Part shown: positions 61,926-64,000 of the stretch, piece after piece | Layout: every line of letters begins with the position of its first letter | Position numbering within the stretch: position 1 is the first letter of the stretch | Assembly: GCF_044704955.1 (NCBI RefSeq) | Contig: NC_091977.1 | Span: forward strand, 220,472,001-220,536,000 | DNA from: Pristiophorus japonicus | Lineage: Eukaryota | DNA length: 64,000 nucleotides | Direction of reading: 5' to 3' | Notes under the pieces: model-generated | The model's input: only the letters and a program-made list of their open reading frames with translations | Databases searched by the model: none | Told to the model about the DNA's origin: nothing | Translations under genes and position numbers: made by a program

Positions 61926-64000
61926 AATAGAAACATAGAAAATAGGTGCAGGAGTAGGCCATTCGGCCCTTCGAGCCTGCACCGCCATTCAATAAGATCA
62001 TGGCTGATCCTTCACCTCAGTACCCCTTTCCTGCTTTCTCTCCATACCCCTTGATCCCTTTAGCCATAAGGGCCATATCTAACTCCCTCTTGAATACACC
62101 CAATGAACTGGTATCAACAATTCTCTGCGGTAGGGAATTCCACAGGTAGGGGTTAACAACTCTCTGAGTGAAGAAGTTTCTCCTTATCTCAATCCTAAAT
62201 GGCTTACCCCTTATCCTTAGACTCTATCCCCTGGTTCTGGACTTCCCCAACATCGGGAACATTCTTTCTGTATCTAACCTGTCCAGTCCCGTCAGAATTC
62301 TATATGTTTCTATGAGATCCGCTCTCACCCTTCTAAACTCCAGTGAATACAGGCCCAGTCGATCCAGTCTCATCTGTCAGTCCAGCCATTCCATGAATCA
62401 GTCTGGTGAACCTTCGCTGCACTCCTTCAATAGCAAGAACGTCCTTCCTCAGATTAGGAGACCAAAACTGAACACAATATTCCAGGTGAGGCCTCACCAA
62501 GGCCCTGTGCAACTGCAGTAAGACCTCTCTGCTCCTATACTCAAATCCCCTAGCTATGAAGGCCAACACACCATTTGCCGCATTCACCGCCTGCTGTATC
62601 TGCATGCCAACTTTCAATGACTGATGTACCATGACACCCAGGTCTCGTTGCACCTCCCCTTTTCCTAATCTGCCGCCATTCAGATAATATTCTGCCTTCG
62701 TGTTTTTGCCCCCAAAGTGGATAACCTCACATTTATCCACATTATACTGCATCTGCCATGTATTTGCCCACTCACCTAACCTGTCTTAGCATCCTCCACC
62801 GCAGCTCACACCGCCACCCAATTTAATGTCATCTGCAAACTTGGAGATATTACACTCAATTCCTTCATCTAAATCATTAATGTATATTGTAATTAGCTGG
62901 GGTCCCAGCACTGAGCCCTGTGACACCCCACTAGTCACTGCCTGTCATTCTGAAAAGGATCCATTTATCCCGACTCTCTACTTCCTGTCTGCCAACCAGT
63001 TCTCTATCCACATCAGTACATTACCCCCAATCCCATGTGCTTTAATTTTGCACACCAATCTCTTGTGTGGGACCTTGTCAAAAGCCTTTTGACAGTCCAA
63101 ATACACCACATCCACTGGTTCTCCCTTGTCCACTCTACCAGTTACATCCTCAAAAATTCGAGAAGATTTGTCAAGCATGATTTCCCTTTCATAAATCCAT
63201 GCTGACTTGGACCGATCCCGGTCACTGTTTTCCAAATGTGCTGCTATTTCATCTTTAATGATTGATTCCAACATTTTCCCCACTACTGATATCAGGCTAA
63301 CCAGTCTATAATTACCTGTTTTCTCTTCTCCCATCTTTTTTAAAAAGTGCGGTTACATTAGCTACCCTCCAATCCAAAGGGACTGATCCAGAGTCGATAG
63401 ACTGTTGGAAAATGATCACCAATGCATCCACTATTTCTCGGGCCACTTCCTTAAGTGCTCTGGGATGCAGATTATCAGACCCCGGGGATTTATCGGCCTT
63501 CTATCCCATCAATTTCCCTAACACAATTTCCTGCCTAATAAGGATATCCTTTAGTTCCTCCTTCTCACCAGACCCTCGGTCTTCTAGTATTTCCGGAAGG
63601 CTATTTGTGTCTTCCTTCATGAAGGCAGAACCAAAATATTTGTTCAACTGGTCTGCCATTTTTTTGTTCCCCATTATAAATTCACCTGAATCTGACTGCA
63701 AGTGACCTTCGTTTGTCTTCAGTAATCTTTTTCTCTTCACATATCTATAGAAGCTTTTGCAGTCAGTTTTTATGTTCCCAGCAAGCTTCCTCTCATACTC
63801 TATTCCCCCCTCCTAATTAAACCCTTTGTCCTCTTCTGCTGAATTCTAAATTTTTCCCAGTCCTTGCTGCTTTTTCTGGCCAATTTATATGCCTCTTCCT
63901 TGGATTTAACACTATTCTTAATTTCCCTTGTTAGCCATGGTTGAGCCACCTTCCCCGGTTTATTTTTACTCCAAACAGGGATGTATAATTGTTGAAGCTC
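61926..64000 (-). mobile_element. CR1 LINE copy C3 (3' tail through RT; continues beyond the window)
   Basis: ATAGAAACATAGAAAATAGG tail, 3' UTR and broken ORF2 fragments nearly identical to C1/C2. Confidence 0.95.

Overview
This is eukaryotic (vertebrate) genomic DNA, almost certainly from a cartilaginous fish (shark-type CR1, DeuSINE, Penelope-derived and Harbinger repeats; the taxon is my inference). I found no convincing host protein-coding exon, so the window looks intronic or intergenic and is largely transposable-element derived. It contains three Mag/K02A2.6-like Gypsy LTR retrotransposons: one complete with a GAAAT TSD, and one nested head-to-head inside another and then partly deleted. 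There are two near-full-length CR1 LINEs with a Zn-finger/esterase ORF1 and tandem 5' monomers; one of them is inserted into an L2 LINE. There is a complete but decayed PIF/Harbinger transposon carrying a transposase and a three-exon Myb/SANT gene that I could reconstruct by hand. Smaller elements include RTE fragments and a non-autonomous RTE derivative, DeuSINEs, MITEs, 35-, 25- and 71-bp tandem repeats, and a 133-N assembly gap. All long TE reading frames are broken by stops or frameshifts. The most notable observations are a CTCF-like motif conserved in U3 of three otherwise dissimilar LTR families, variable-number promoter-like monomers at CR1 5' ends, and the spliced Harbinger Myb gene with NRF1/YY1-type promoter motifs. 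I saw no clearly new protein system. Family names come from motif recognition, not from a database search.
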